Shown: positions 28,557 through 38,415 of the stretch, piece by piece
Layout of the letters: the number at the start of each line of letters is the position of its first letter
How positions within the stretch are numbered: position 1 is the first letter of the stretch
From: Thermoanaerobaculia bacterium
Lineage (GTDB): Bacteria > Acidobacteriota > Thermoanaerobaculia > Multivoradales > UBA5704
Assembly: GCA_044226625.1 (NCBI GenBank)
Contig: JBGAGQ010000001.1
Location: forward strand, 128,001-192,000
Direction of reading: 5' to 3'
DNA length: 64,000 nucleotides
Made by a program: the position numbers and the translations under genes
Notes under the pieces: model-generated
Seen by the model: the letters and a program-made list of their open reading frames with translations, nothing else
Told to the model about the DNA's origin: nothing
The model's database searches: none

Positions 28557-30179
28557 ATGACGAAGAAGAGCCTCTTCCTCCTCGCTCTCGCCGCGCCTCT
28601 GCTCGGAGATTGGAGCGGCGCGGCTTCGGCACAGACGACCGGCGACGTGCCGATCGGCCGGCCGGACGCGGTGATCGACCTTGCCACGAAAGAGGGCGCG
28701 GCGGTCGTCGCCGCGACCTGGCGCTACGCCGACGCTCAGATCGTCGAGGTCGATCATCGCGCCCCGGGGCCGGATCTCAAAGCCTCCGGCGCGCCGGTGA
28801 AGACGCACGACCTCGTGCCGCACGCCGGAGACGCCGACTTCTCCGACGCCGCGTGGCCGGCGATCGAACCCGAGACACTCAAAGCGCGACGGGGCAACGG
28901 CCGCACCAGCTTCGGCTGGTATCGCCTGACGCTTACGCTTCCCGAAGCGTTCGGCGCGCTGCCGGCCGCCGGAACGGCGGTCGTGTTCGAGACCGTCGTC
29001 GACGACTACGCCGAGGTCTGGGTGGACAGCCGGCTGCCGCTCGTGCTCGGGCAGCAGGGGGGCGCGCTGATCCACGGCTTCAACGCGCCGAATCGGGTGG
29101 TCCTCACCCGCGACGCCAAGCCCGGTCAAACGTTCCACGTCGCGGTCTTCGCCGCGAACGGCCCGCTCTCGTCGGCGCCAGGCAATTTCATCTGGATGCG
29201 CTCGGCGACGCTCGACGTCTACCGTCCGGGCCGGCTCGGCCACGGCCAGGAGGTCGCGACCGAGATCGCCCGTCGGGATCCAAGGCTCGACGCGATCGTC
29301 GCTCCTGGCACGATGATCGAGCGGCTCGCTTCGGGCTTCTCATTCACCGAAGGTCCGGTCTGGGTAAAGGACGGCGGCTACCTGCTCTTCTCCGATCCCA
29401 ACGAGAACACCATCTACCGCTATTCGACCGACGGTCAGATTTCGATCTACCGGTCGCACAGCGGCTACACCGGTCTCGACGTTGGGATCTATCACCAGCC
29501 CGGCTCGAACGGCTTGACGCTGGACCGGGAAGGGCGCCTGACGATCGACGAGCATGGCAACCGGCGCGTGACGAGGCTCGAGAAGAACGGCACCCTCACC
29601 GTCCTCGCCGACCGATACGAAGGCAAACGGCTGAACAGCCCGAACGACCTCGTCTACCGCTCGGACGGCGCGCTCTACTTCACCGATCCGCCGTTCGGCC
29701 TGCCGAAGGTCTACGACGATCCGGGCAAGGAGCTCCCGACGAGCGGCGTCTTCCTCCTCCGCGACAGAAAGCTTGCGCGCGTCGCCGACGACCTCAAAGG
29801 ACCGAACGGGCTCGCGTTTTCGCCCGACGAGAAATTCCTTTACGTCTCGAACTGGGACGAGAAGAAGAAGATCGTCCAGCGCTATCCGGTCGCCGCCGAC
29901 GGCACGCTGGGCGTCGGCACGACCTTCGCCGATCTGACGAGCGTGCCCGGCGAGGAGGCACTCGACGGCTTGAAGGTGGACCGGGACGGCAACGTCTACG
30001 TCTCCGGCCCCGGCGGGCTCTCGATCTACGCCGCCGACGGCACGGCGCTCGGAACCCTCAAGGGCCCCGAGCTTCCCGCGAATTTCGCCTGGGGCGACGA
30101 CGACGGCAAAGCGCTCTACCTCACCGCTCGAACCGGGCTCTACCGGATTCGCTTGAAGGTCGAGGGGATTCGGCCGTAG
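28557..30179 (+). CDS. SMP-30/gluconolactonase family protein with an N-terminal beta-sandwich domain
   Basis: FTEGPVW, LLFSD, GSNGL, LNSPNDL, YFTDPP, PNGLAFSPD, DGLKVD; N-terminal WYR...VDDYAEVWV. Confidence 0.9.
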   Translation: MTKKSLFLLALAAPLLGDWSGAASAQTTGDVPIGRPDAVIDLATKEGAAVVAATWRYADAQIVEVDHRAPGPDLKASGAPVKTHDLVPHAGDADFSDAAWPAIEPETLKARRGNGRTSFGWYRLTLTLPEAFGALPAAGTAVVFETVVDDYAEVWVDSRLPLVLGQQGGALIHGFNAPNRVVLTRDAKPGQTFHVAVFAANGPLSSAPGNFIWMRSATLDVYRPGRLGHGQEVATEIARRDPRLDAIVAPGTMIERLASGFSFTEGPVWVKDGGYLLFSDPNENTIYRYSTDGQISIYRSHSGYTGLDVGIYHQPGSNGLTLDREGRLTIDEHGNRRVTRLEKNGTLTVLADRYEGKRLNSPNDLVYRSDGALYFTDPPFGLPKVYDDPGKELPTSGVFLLRDRKLARVADDLKGPNGLAFSPDEKFLYVSNWDEKKKIVQRYPVAADGTLGVGTTFADLTSVPGEEALDGLKVDRDGNVYVSGPGGLSIYAADGTALGTLKGPELPANFAWGDDDGKALYLTARTGLYRIRLKVEGIRP

Positions 30180-30187
30180 CTGCCCAC

Positions 30188-30217
30188 GGAAGCCGCCGTT
30201 CTAGGACGGCGGCTTCC
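30188..30217. repeat. REP-like palindrome or terminator
   Basis: GGAAGCCGCCGT-TCTAGG-ACGGCGGCTTCC, perfect 12 bp stem immediately after the lactonase stop. Confidence 0.6.
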
Positions 30218-30308
30218 TCTGTCTCTGAGGCCCCAGCTCGGCGAAGTCCAAAGGCTTGGGTCTATACTTGGCTCGGAATCGGCCGGTGCCGATTCGGAGA
30301 CCTCGAAG

Positions 30309-30545
30309 ATGCCCAACCCTGCGAACGTGACTTTCCAACAGGCCCTCGAAATCGTCGAAGGGTTGCCGGAAGACCAACAGGGAGAGCTGATCGAGATCGT
30401 CCGCAACCGGCAGAGAGAGCTACGCCGGGAGGCTCTGGCGGCTGGCGTCGAGGGCGCCCGCGCCGAGCTCGCCCGCGGCGACGTTCGGCGAGGTTCGGTC
30501 GGAGACCTTCTCCTTGAGCTGGCCGAAACCGAGAACGACGAGTGA
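30309..30545 (+). CDS. Putative type II antitoxin
   Basis: 78 aa acidic helical protein; GTGA overlap with the toxin gene. Confidence 0.75.
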   Translation: MPNPANVTFQQALEIVEGLPEDQQGELIEIVRNRQRELRREALAAGVEGARAELARGDVRRGSVGDLLLELAETENDE

Positions 30546-30826
30546 GGGAGCTCGTCTGGAGCAACACCTTTCGCCGCGCACTGCGGCGGACGCTCAAGCG
30601 ACAACCTCAAGCCCTCGTGGACATCACGGAAGCCCTGCGCCTGTTGCAGGAAAATCTTTTCGCTCCCCAGTTGGCCACTCACAAACTCAAGGGAAAGTTG
30701 GCCGGAATTTGGGCGTGCAGCGCCGGGTACGATCTACGCATTCTGTTTGAGTTGGTCGCGAACCCTGATCGCGCCGAAGAAGACCTGTTCCTGCTGGAGA
30801 TCGGCACCCACGACGAAGTGTACTGA
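30542..30826 (+). CDS. RelE/YafQ-family mRNA interferase toxin
   Basis: FRRALRR...L.THKLKG.L.G.WACS.GYDLRILF...IGTHDEVY. Confidence 0.88.
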   Translation: MRELVWSNTFRRALRRTLKRQPQALVDITEALRLLQENLFAPQLATHKLKGKLAGIWACSAGYDLRILFELVANPDRAEEDLFLLEIGTHDEVY

Positions 30827-30881
30827 GGCGGCATTCTAAGTTTGGTGCCCTTCGGCGCATCTCCGCTGCAAACTTCCAGAA

Positions 30882-31002
30882 GGCTTCTGGATAAGTCCTT
30901 CATCGCGGGATTCTCTGCGGGCGTCCCGCTTACTCGCTTCCCTCGGAAACCTCGGGGGCGTCCTCGGGGACACTGAGACGTGGGGAGAGTTTCTCAGCAG
31001 CC
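30882..31002. mobile_element. Degenerate second copy of the MITE-like element
   Basis: GGCTTCTGGATAAGTCC...GATTCTCTGCGGGCG...ACTCGCT...CTCGGGGGCGTCCTC...GAGTTTCTCAGCAGCC, colinear with 21276..21400. Confidence 0.65.
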
Positions 31003-31008
31003 TGCCCA

Positions 31009-31034
31009 GTAACGATTTCCTCCCGACCGGCATA
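31009..31034 (+). promoter_or_regulatory. ECF-type promoter motif, copy 2
   Basis: GTAAC-N13-CCGGCATA upstream of glucose dehydrogenase. Confidence 0.65.
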
Positions 31035-31098
31035 CATCGGGGCAATCGGGCATCGCCTGGTTCCCTTTGGCCGCACCCTACGAGGAGATTTGAATCCC

Positions 31099-32199
31099 AT
31101 GAAAGCCATCGCCGTCATCCCCGGCGCCGCCGGTAGCATCCATCTGCGCGACGTTCCGACGCCGCGCGTCGAGGACGTCCCCGACGGTCGGGGCGTTTTG
31201 GTCAAGGTCCTGCGCGTCGGCGTCGACGGCACAGACAAGGAAATCAACGCGGCCGAGTACGGCGCTCCGCCGCCGGGGGACGACTTTCTGATCCTCGGCC
31301 ACGAGAGCTTCGGCCAGGTGGTCGCGGTCGGACCGGCGGTCCATGAATTCAAGCCGGGCGACTTCGTGGTGGCGACCGTGCGCCGTCCCGGTTCGAGCCT
31401 CTACGACAAGATCGGCCTTCAGGACATGACGACCGACGACGTCTATTTCGAGCGCGGCATCAACCTGCGCCACGGCTACCTCGCCGAGTACTACGCCGAC
31501 GCGGCCGACTATCTGATCCGCATCCCGGCGGGCCTCAAAGAGGTGGGCGTGCTCATGGAGCCGTCGAGCGTCGCCCAGAAGGCGATCGGCCAGGCTTGGG
31601 AGATCCAGCGCCGGATGAAGGTCTGGCGTCCGCGGCGCGCCGCGGTCCTCGGCACCGGCACGCTCGGCCTGCTCGCCGCGCTCTCTCTGCGCCTGCGCGG
31701 TCTCGAAGTGGTCGCGTTCGGCCGCACGCCGCGCCCCTACCTGAACGCCGATCTCCTCGAAGCGATCGGCGCCGCCTACCTTTCGACCGCGGACGTGAGC
31801 CTGACCGAGGCGTCGAAGACCCACGGACCGTTCGACTTCATCCTCGAAGGGACCGGTTTCTCGCCGCTCGTCTTCGAGGCGATGGGGGCGCTCGCCAAGA
31901 ACGGCGTGCTCGCGATGGTTTCCATCAGCGGCGGCGACCGCCACGTCGAGATCCCCTCGGACCAGATCAATCAGGGGTTCGTGCTCGGCAACAAAGTCGC
32001 GTTCGGCAGCGTCAACGCAAGCCGCGAGGACTTCGAGCGCGGCGCCGAGGACCTCGCGTCGGCCGAGCTCTCGTGGCCCGGTTGGCTCGGCAAGCTGCTC
32101 ACCCACCCGATCGAAGGGCTCGAGAACTACGCGCAGATGATCGAAACCCTGACTCACGGTCAAGGGGCGATCAAAGTCTTCGTGAACGTCGCGAGCTGA
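31099..32199 (+). CDS. Zn-dependent (MDR) glucose 1-dehydrogenase, archaeal type
   Basis: GVDGTDKEI, LGHES, VATVRRP, ERGI, EPSSV..K, GTGTLG, GSVNA, IKV. Confidence 0.88.
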   Translation: MKAIAVIPGAAGSIHLRDVPTPRVEDVPDGRGVLVKVLRVGVDGTDKEINAAEYGAPPPGDDFLILGHESFGQVVAVGPAVHEFKPGDFVVATVRRPGSSLYDKIGLQDMTTDDVYFERGINLRHGYLAEYYADAADYLIRIPAGLKEVGVLMEPSSVAQKAIGQAWEIQRRMKVWRPRRAAVLGTGTLGLLAALSLRLRGLEVVAFGRTPRPYLNADLLEAIGAAYLSTADVSLTEASKTHGPFDFILEGTGFSPLVFEAMGALAKNGVLAMVSISGGDRHVEIPSDQINQGFVLGNKVAFGSVNASREDFERGAEDLASAELSWPGWLGKLLTHPIEGLENYAQMIETLTHGQGAIKVFVNVAS

Positions 32200-32211
32200 G
32201 GCGAACCTCCC

Positions 32212-34887
32212 ATGATCCTCGACAAGAACGCGGAACGCCTTCGGATCGCCGAGGCCGACCGGGGCGAGAAGCCCTGGCGCCTGTGGGGTCCCTATCTCTC
32301 CGAGCGCCAGTGGGGCACCGTGCGCGAGGACTACAGCCCCCACGGCAGTGCGTGGGACTTCTTTCCGCACGACCACGCGAGAAGTCGCGCCTATCGCTGG
32401 GGCGAGGACGGCCTCGCCGGGATCTCGGACGAGAACCAACTGCTCTGCTTCTCGCTCGCGCTCTGGAACGGCCGCGACCCGATCTTGAAGGAGCGCCTTT
32501 TCGGTCTCGCCGGCCCGGAGGGGAACCACGGCGAGGACGTCAAGGAGGTCTACTACTACCTCGACGCGACGCCCACCTCGTCGTACGTCGAGATGCTCTA
32601 CAAGTATCCGCAGGCCGAGTATCCGTACGCCTGGCTGGTCGAAGAGAACCGGCGTCGCGGCAAGCTCGATCCCGAGTTCGAGCTGATCGACACGGGGGTG
32701 TTCGCCGAGGATCGCTATTTCGACGTGACCGTGCGGTCGGCCAAGGCCGACGCCGAGGACCTGCTGATCGAGATCGAGGTCGCGAACCGGGGTTCCGAGG
32801 CGGCGCGAATCACCGTGCTGCCGCAGCTCACGTTCCGCAACGTCTGGAGCTGGGGGCGTTCGAACGATCCGAAGCCGGAATTCACGGGCGTGGCGGGCGG
32901 CGCGCGGGTGCGCGCGTTCCATCCCGGGATCGGCACGATGTACGCGGCCTTCGAGAGATTCGCGGGCAAGGAGCCCGAGCTGCTCTTCTGCGAAAACGAG
33001 ACGAACGTGCCGAAGCTGTTCGGCGCGCCCGCCCAGGGTCCGTTCAAGGACGGCATCCACGAAGCGGTGATCCACGGCAACCGCGACGCGGTCCACGCCG
33101 AGCCCATGGGGACGAAGATGGTGGCACGCTTCGACGCCGAGATTCCCGACGGTTCCTCGCGGACGTTTCGCCTGCGCCTCGCCAGGACCCTTCCGGCCGA
33201 TCCGTTCGCCGGTTTCGCTGCCACGTTCGCCGCGCGCCGAGCCGAGGCCGACGCGTTCTACGACGCCATACCGAGCGCGGCGAGCGATGCCGCCGCGCGC
33301 CGGGTGCAACGGCAGGCCTACGCGGGGCTGCTCTGGAGCAAACAGCTCTACCTGTTCGACATCCCGGAATGGCTCGCGGGCGACCCGGGGCAGCCCGCGC
33401 CGCCGCCCGAGCGGAAGCATGGCCGCAACAGCGAGTGGACGCATCTCAATAACTCGCGCGTGATGTCGATGCCGGACGCCTGGGAATACCCCTGGTACGC
33501 CGCCTGGGACCTCGCGTTCCACTGCGTGCCGCTTGCCGAGATCGATCCGGAGTGGGCCAAGGAGCAGCTCGTGCTGCTCACCCGCGAGTGGTACATGCAT
33601 CCGAACGGTCAGCTCCCCGCCTACGAGTGGGCGTTCGGCGACGTGAACCCTCCCGTCCATGCGTGGGCAGCGCTCAAGGTCTACGAGATTGACCGGCAGG
33701 CGAACGGCCGGGCCGACCGCGCGTTCCTCGAACGGGTGTTCCACAAATTGATGCTCAATTTCACCTGGTGGGTGAACCGCAAGGACGCCGAGGGGCGCAA
33801 CGTCTTCCAGGGCGGCTTCCTCGGCCTCGACAACATCGGCGTGTTCGACCGCAGCTCGGAGCTGCCGACGGGCGGGCACATCGACCAGGCGGACGGCACC
33901 GGCTGGATGGCGATGTACAGCTTGAACCTGATGCGGATCGCCCTGGAGCTCGCGCTCGAAAATCCGGTCTACGAGGACATCGCGACCAAGTTCTTCGAGC
34001 ACTTCCTCTACATCGCCGCCGCGCTTGCGAACCTGGGCGGCCAGGGGGACGAGGCGATCGACTTCTGGGACGAAGAGGACCAATTCTTCTACGACGTCCT
34101 GCATCTTCCCGAAGGGGGCCCTGACGGCCGCCACGAGCGGCTGCGGGTCCGATCGATGGTCGGTCTGATCCCGATGTACGCGGTCGAGGTGATCGAGGCG
34201 GAGCTGCTCGAAAAGCTGCCGGGCTTCGCCGCCCGGCTCAAATGGTTCCTGAGCTATCGGCCGGATCTCGCGCAGCTCGTCTCGCGCTTCCACGAGCCGG
34301 GCAATGGCGACCGCCGGTTGCTGTCGTTGCTGCGCCGCCACCGGTTGAACAACGTGCTCAAGAAGGTGCTCGACGAGACCGAATTCCTGTCGCCGCACGG
34401 CGTGCGCGCGCTGTCGCGCCATCACGCGGAGCATCCGTACGTCCTCGACGTCAACGGCCAGCGCTTCTCGGTCAACTATCAGCCGGGCGAATCGGAGTCG
34501 GGTCTGTTCGGCGGCAACTCGAACTGGCGCGGTCCCGTCTGGTTCCCGGTCAACTACCTTCTCATCGAGTCGTTGCGCCGTTTCGACCGCTATTACGGCG
34601 ACGACTTCTCGATCGAATGCCCGACCGGCTCGGGGAACCGGATGAACCTCGGCCAGGTGGCGGACGAGCTCTCGCGCCGACTCGGCAGCTTGTTCCTGGA
34701 AGACGGCGACGGGCGGAAGCCGGTGTTCGGCGGCGACGAAAAGATGCAACGCGACCCGCACTTCAAGGACCACCTGCTGTTCTACGAGTACTTCCACGGC
34801 GACAGCGGACGCGGCGTGGGCGCTTCGCACCAGACCGGATGGACGGCGCTGGTGGCCGACTTGTTCCGCCGCAAGAGCGAGCCATGA
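32212..34887 (+). CDS. GH63 / MGH1-like glucosidase
   Basis: [65 protein letters not shown]. Confidence 0.92.
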   Translation: MILDKNAERLRIAEADRGEKPWRLWGPYLSERQWGTVREDYSPHGSAWDFFPHDHARSRAYRWGEDGLAGISDENQLLCFSLALWNGRDPILKERLFGLAGPEGNHGEDVKEVYYYLDATPTSSYVEMLYKYPQAEYPYAWLVEENRRRGKLDPEFELIDTGVFAEDRYFDVTVRSAKADAEDLLIEIEVANRGSEAARITVLPQLTFRNVWSWGRSNDPKPEFTGVAGGARVRAFHPGIGTMYAAFERFAGKEPELLFCENETNVPKLFGAPAQGPFKDGIHEAVIHGNRDAVHAEPMGTKMVARFDAEIPDGSSRTFRLRLARTLPADPFAGFAATFAARRAEADAFYDAIPSAASDAAARRVQRQAYAGLLWSKQLYLFDIPEWLAGDPGQPAPPPERKHGRNSEWTHLNNSRVMSMPDAWEYPWYAAWDLAFHCVPLAEIDPEWAKEQLVLLTREWYMHPNGQLPAYEWAFGDVNPPVHAWAALKVYEIDRQANGRADRAFLERVFHKLMLNFTWWVNRKDAEGRNVFQGGFLGLDNIGVFDRSSELPTGGHIDQADGTGWMAMYSLNLMRIALELALENPVYEDIATKFFEHFLYIAAALANLGGQGDEAIDFWDEEDQFFYDVLHLPEGGPDGRHERLRVRSMVGLIPMYAVEVIEAELLEKLPGFAARLKWFLSYRPDLAQLVSRFHEPGNGDRRLLSLLRRHRLNNVLKKVLDETEFLSPHGVRALSRHHAEHPYVLDVNGQRFSVNYQPGESESGLFGGNSNWRGPVWFPVNYLLIESLRRFDRYYGDDFSIECPTGSGNRMNLGQVADELSRRLGSLFLEDGDGRKPVFGGDEKMQRDPHFKDHLLFYEYFHGDSGRGVGASHQTGWTALVADLFRRKSEP

Positions 34888-36917
34888 GGTTCGAAGGGAG
34901 CGTCTGCACCGACTTTGATCGCTCCTCCACTCTCGAATGGCTGGAGGCGAACGGCCTCGGTGGCTGGGCGAGCTCGACGGTCTCGGGCGCCCACACCCGT
35001 CGCTACCATGGCCTGTTGGTCGCGGCGACCGAGCCGCCGGTCGGGCGCAAGGTCCTGCTGTCGCGGCTGGACGAGACGATTGAGGTCGAAGGCGCACGCT
35101 TCGACCTCGGCGCGAACCGCTTCCCGGGAGCGATCCATCCGCGCGGCTTCGAGCGAATCGTTCGCTATCGCCAAGAGCCGTTCCCGACCTGGGAGTACGA
35201 GGCCGGCGCCGCGCGTCTGACCAAGACGATCGCCGCGGTCCGCCTGCCGACCGACGAGAACGCGACGGTCGTCCTCTACGAGGTGCCAGAATCGAGCGCG
35301 CCGTTTCGCCTTCTCCTCCGGCCGTTCTTCGCCAGCCGCGATTTTCACGCGCTCGGGCACGCCAACGACTTCGTTCTTCGCGAGGGGAGCTTCGCCGACG
35401 GGACGCTCCGCTACCAAAGCTACGACGGCCTGCCCGAAGTTTTCGTCCACGTCCCGGGCAGCTCGTTCGCTCCCAGCCCCGACTGGTGGCATCGCTTCGA
35501 ATACGCCCAGGAACGGGAGCGCGGGCTCGATTTCGAGGAGGATCTCTTCACCCCCGGAGCGTTCGATATCTCGGTCTCTCCGGGCCGGAAGCTCGCCGTC
35601 CTGATCTCGACCGCTCCGCCCGAAGGACGCGACGCCGGAAAGCTGGTCGATGTTGAGCATCGCCGACGCAAAAAGGTGCTCGCGCCGTTCGCGGCGGCCG
35701 AGCCGTTCGTCCGTTCGCTCGCTCTCGCCGCCGACGCCTTCGTTGTCCGCCGTGGCCAACCGGGATTGGGGCTCTCAACCGTCATCGCCGGCTACCCCTG
35801 GTTTTCCGATTGGGGGCGCGATTCGATGATCGCCCTCCCGGGCCTTTGCCTCACGACCGGCCGCTTCGCCGAGGCGAAAGGCATCCTGCGCGCCTTCGCG
35901 GCCGCCGTGAGCGAAGGGATGTTGCCGAACCGATTTCCGGACCGCGCCGACGAGGCGCCCGAGTACAACACGGTCGACGCCACGCTCTGGTTCTTCGTCG
36001 CGGTCTGGGACTATCTGGAAGCCACCGGCGACACCGCGTTCGTACGCGACGAGCAGCTGCCGGTCTTCGAGGAGATCCTCGCCTGGCACGATCGCGGCAC
36101 GCGCCATGGCATCCGGGTCGTTCAGGACGGCCCGCTCGAGGGCTTGCTCCACGCGGGCGAGCCGGGAGTCCAGCTCACCTGGATGGACGCGAAGGTGGGC
36201 GATTGGGTGGTGACGCCGCGCACCGGTTTTCCGGTAGAGATCCAGGCGCTCTGGGCGAACGCGCTCGCGATCACCGCCGAGCTCGCCGACCGCTTCGGCG
36301 AAACGGCGAAAGGCGACGCGCTGAGACGCCGCGCCGAGAGCGTCCGGTCACGCTTCGCCGAAACGTTCTGGAATGAGGAGCTCGGCGGGCTCTACGACGT
36401 GGTAGGCGACGAAGGGAGCGACGCGAGCGTGCGGCCGAATCAGATCTTTGCCCTCTCGCTCCCGTTCCCGCTCCTCTCCGGCCCGCGCGCGGAACGGCTG
36501 CTCGCGCTCGTCGAAGCGAAGCTCCTCACGCCGCGCGGCCTGCGCACGCTGTCGCCCGACGACCCGCGCTATCGGCCGATCTACGTCGGCGGTCCGCTCG
36601 AACGGGACGGCGCCTACCACCAGGGGACCGTCTGGTCCTGGCTGCTCGGTCCATACGTCACCGCGCTCGTCCGCGTCCGCGGAGAGGAAGGGAGGCGGCA
36701 AGGGCGAGAGATTCTCGACCGCTTCGCGCCGCACCTGCTCGAGGCCGGGCTCGGCACGGTCTCCGAGATCTTCGATGCCGAGCCTCCGCACGCACCGCGC
36801 GGCTGCCCGGCGCAGGCCTGGAGCGTCGCCGAGCTACTGCGCGCCGCGGTCGAGATCGCCCCGGAGAGTCCTAGCAAAGGAGATTCGGAAACCGGCGGCG
36901 AAGGAAGCGTGCCGTGA
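34884..36917 (+). CDS. Amylo-alpha-1,6-glucosidase (glycogen debranching enzyme)
   Basis: ATGA overlap at 34884; [59 protein letters not shown]. Confidence 0.92.
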   Translation: MRFEGSVCTDFDRSSTLEWLEANGLGGWASSTVSGAHTRRYHGLLVAATEPPVGRKVLLSRLDETIEVEGARFDLGANRFPGAIHPRGFERIVRYRQEPFPTWEYEAGAARLTKTIAAVRLPTDENATVVLYEVPESSAPFRLLLRPFFASRDFHALGHANDFVLREGSFADGTLRYQSYDGLPEVFVHVPGSSFAPSPDWWHRFEYAQERERGLDFEEDLFTPGAFDISVSPGRKLAVLISTAPPEGRDAGKLVDVEHRRRKKVLAPFAAAEPFVRSLALAADAFVVRRGQPGLGLSTVIAGYPWFSDWGRDSMIALPGLCLTTGRFAEAKGILRAFAAAVSEGMLPNRFPDRADEAPEYNTVDATLWFFVAVWDYLEATGDTAFVRDEQLPVFEEILAWHDRGTRHGIRVVQDGPLEGLLHAGEPGVQLTWMDAKVGDWVVTPRTGFPVEIQALWANALAITAELADRFGETAKGDALRRRAESVRSRFAETFWNEELGGLYDVVGDEGSDASVRPNQIFALSLPFPLLSGPRAERLLALVEAKLLTPRGLRTLSPDDPRYRPIYVGGPLERDGAYHQGTVWSWLLGPYVTALVRVRGEEGRRQGREILDRFAPHLLEAGLGTVSEIFDAEPPHAPRGCPAQAWSVAELLRAAVEIAPESPSKGDSETGGEGSVP

Positions 36918-37720
36918 ACCGGATCGCCCGCAGTCTGCGCGAGCATTGGCCCGAGGTGCTGATCGAGGGCTTCCTTCTCGGCGCTTTCATGATCTCCGCG
37001 GGAGGTTTCGCGACTCTCCTCTACTCGCCCCATTCGCCGCTCGCGCACCGGCTTCCCGACGGGCTCCTCCGCGACGCGCTGATGGGGCTCGCGATGGGGG
37101 CCACCGCGATCGCGCTCATCTACTCCCCGTGGGGACAGCGCTCCGGCGCGCACTTCAACCCGTCGGTGACGCTCACCTTCCTTCGCCTGGGCAAAATCGA
37201 CCCGGCGGACGCGATGCTCTACGTCGTCGGCCAATCGCTCGGCGGCATTCTCGGCGTGATCGCGATCGGCGCCCTGCTCGGCTCGCCGTTCACCGATCCG
37301 CCGGTGCGCTCGGTCGCGACACTACCGGGTCCCGCCGGGCCGAGCGTCGCCTTCGCCGCCGAGGTCGCGATCTCCGCGCTGCTCATGACCGTCGTGCTCT
37401 GGGTCTCGAACAGCCGCTTCGCCCGCGCCACCGGGGTGCTCTGCGGCGCGCTCGTCGCCGTCTTCATCACGTTCGAGGCACCCCTATCAGGGATGAGCAT
37501 GAACCCGGCGCGGAGCCTCGCCTCCGCCGTCCCCTCGGGCATCTGGGACGGCTTCTGGATCTATCTCATCGCCCCGCCGCTCGGCATGCTCCTCGCCGCC
37601 GAAACCTACCGAGCCGTACGCGGCATCGAGCGCGTCTATTGCGCAAAGTTCCACCATCCCGACGACCACCGCTGCATTTTCCGCTGCCGCTACTGCGAAT
37701 CCCCGGGAGCGAACGTCTAG
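36914..37720 (+). CDS. MIP family channel (aquaporin-like) with a Cys/His-rich tail
   Basis: SGAHFNPSVT and GMSMNPARS loops; six TM helices; tail CAKFHHPDDHRCIFRCRYC. Confidence 0.92.
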   Translation: MNRIARSLREHWPEVLIEGFLLGAFMISAGGFATLLYSPHSPLAHRLPDGLLRDALMGLAMGATAIALIYSPWGQRSGAHFNPSVTLTFLRLGKIDPADAMLYVVGQSLGGILGVIAIGALLGSPFTDPPVRSVATLPGPAGPSVAFAAEVAISALLMTVVLWVSNSRFARATGVLCGALVAVFITFEAPLSGMSMNPARSLASAVPSGIWDGFWIYLIAPPLGMLLAAETYRAVRGIERVYCAKFHHPDDHRCIFRCRYCESPGANV

Positions 37721-37744
37721 TCTCGCTCCGGCCGGTTGCGCAGC

Positions 37745-38286
37745 CTTCGAACCCCTCCCCCTCTGGCGGCCTTTCAGGCCGCGGTATTGGGTTGCCTTCC
37801 TACCCAGGGCATCGGCCTTCGGCCTCAGCCCTGGGCTGGAATCTTCCGGCCCGTTGGGCCGGGCGCACAGGACCACGGTCCAGATGGATCCGTCGTGGAA
37901 CCCCTTTCCCTGCACGGGCGGCCAGCGCGCCGTGCGAACCTGCCCGGCCCTCGGTCCATCGGCCTCGAACCGGGGCGGCCCGTGGATCGCGGTTCCCCAC
38001 AGGGGCCTATTGGTCCATCGGTCTTGACCGGGGCGGCCCGTGGATCGCGCGCCGGCCAGCGCGCCGTGCGAAACCTGCCCAGCCCTCGTTCCATCGGCAT
38101 CCAACCGGGGCGGCCCGTGGATCGCGGTTCCCCACAGGGGCCTATTGGTCCATCGGTCTCGACCGGGGCGGCCCAACGGGCCGCAAGAACCTAGCCCAGG
38201 GCTGAGGCCGAAGGCCGATGCCCTGGGTAGCGAGCCCCCCATCTAAAGCGGCCTGAAAGGCCGCCAGAGTAGGGAGGAGTTCGAAG
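37745..38286. repeat. Nested REP/BIME-like palindromic element with an internal tandem repeat
   Basis: Perfect inverted pairs 37761-37782/38248-38269 (22 bp), 37800-37837/38193-38230 (38 bp) and 37847-37861/38169-38183; interior 134 bp-period duplication starting at 37920 and 38054. Confidence 0.85.
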
Positions 38287-38364
38287 CGGAACCCGGTTCC
38301 CCACGCGCGCCTCTCGGTCCATCGGTAGCGAGAACCGCTCCCCCCCCAGAGCGGAATGAAACGA

Positions 38365-38389
38365 GTAACCCATTCCGATTCCCGGCATA
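38365..38389 (+). promoter_or_regulatory. ECF-type promoter motif, copy 3
   Basis: GTAAC-N12-CCGGCATA, then SD GGAGG before ATG 38416. Confidence 0.65.
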
Positions 38390-38415
38390 CCTTACGGGCG
38401 GGAGGAAACAGAGCT

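Noticed and set aside
31078-35097. 1339 aa minus-strand ORF
   Set aside because: Antisense shadow of glucose dehydrogenase and GH63; no motifs; expected from high-GC codon bias
37736-38300. CRISPR array or protein-coding repeat
   Set aside because: The spacers are themselves repeated, units are irregular and palindromic, no cas genes are present, and the ORFs are Arg/Pro/Gly noise
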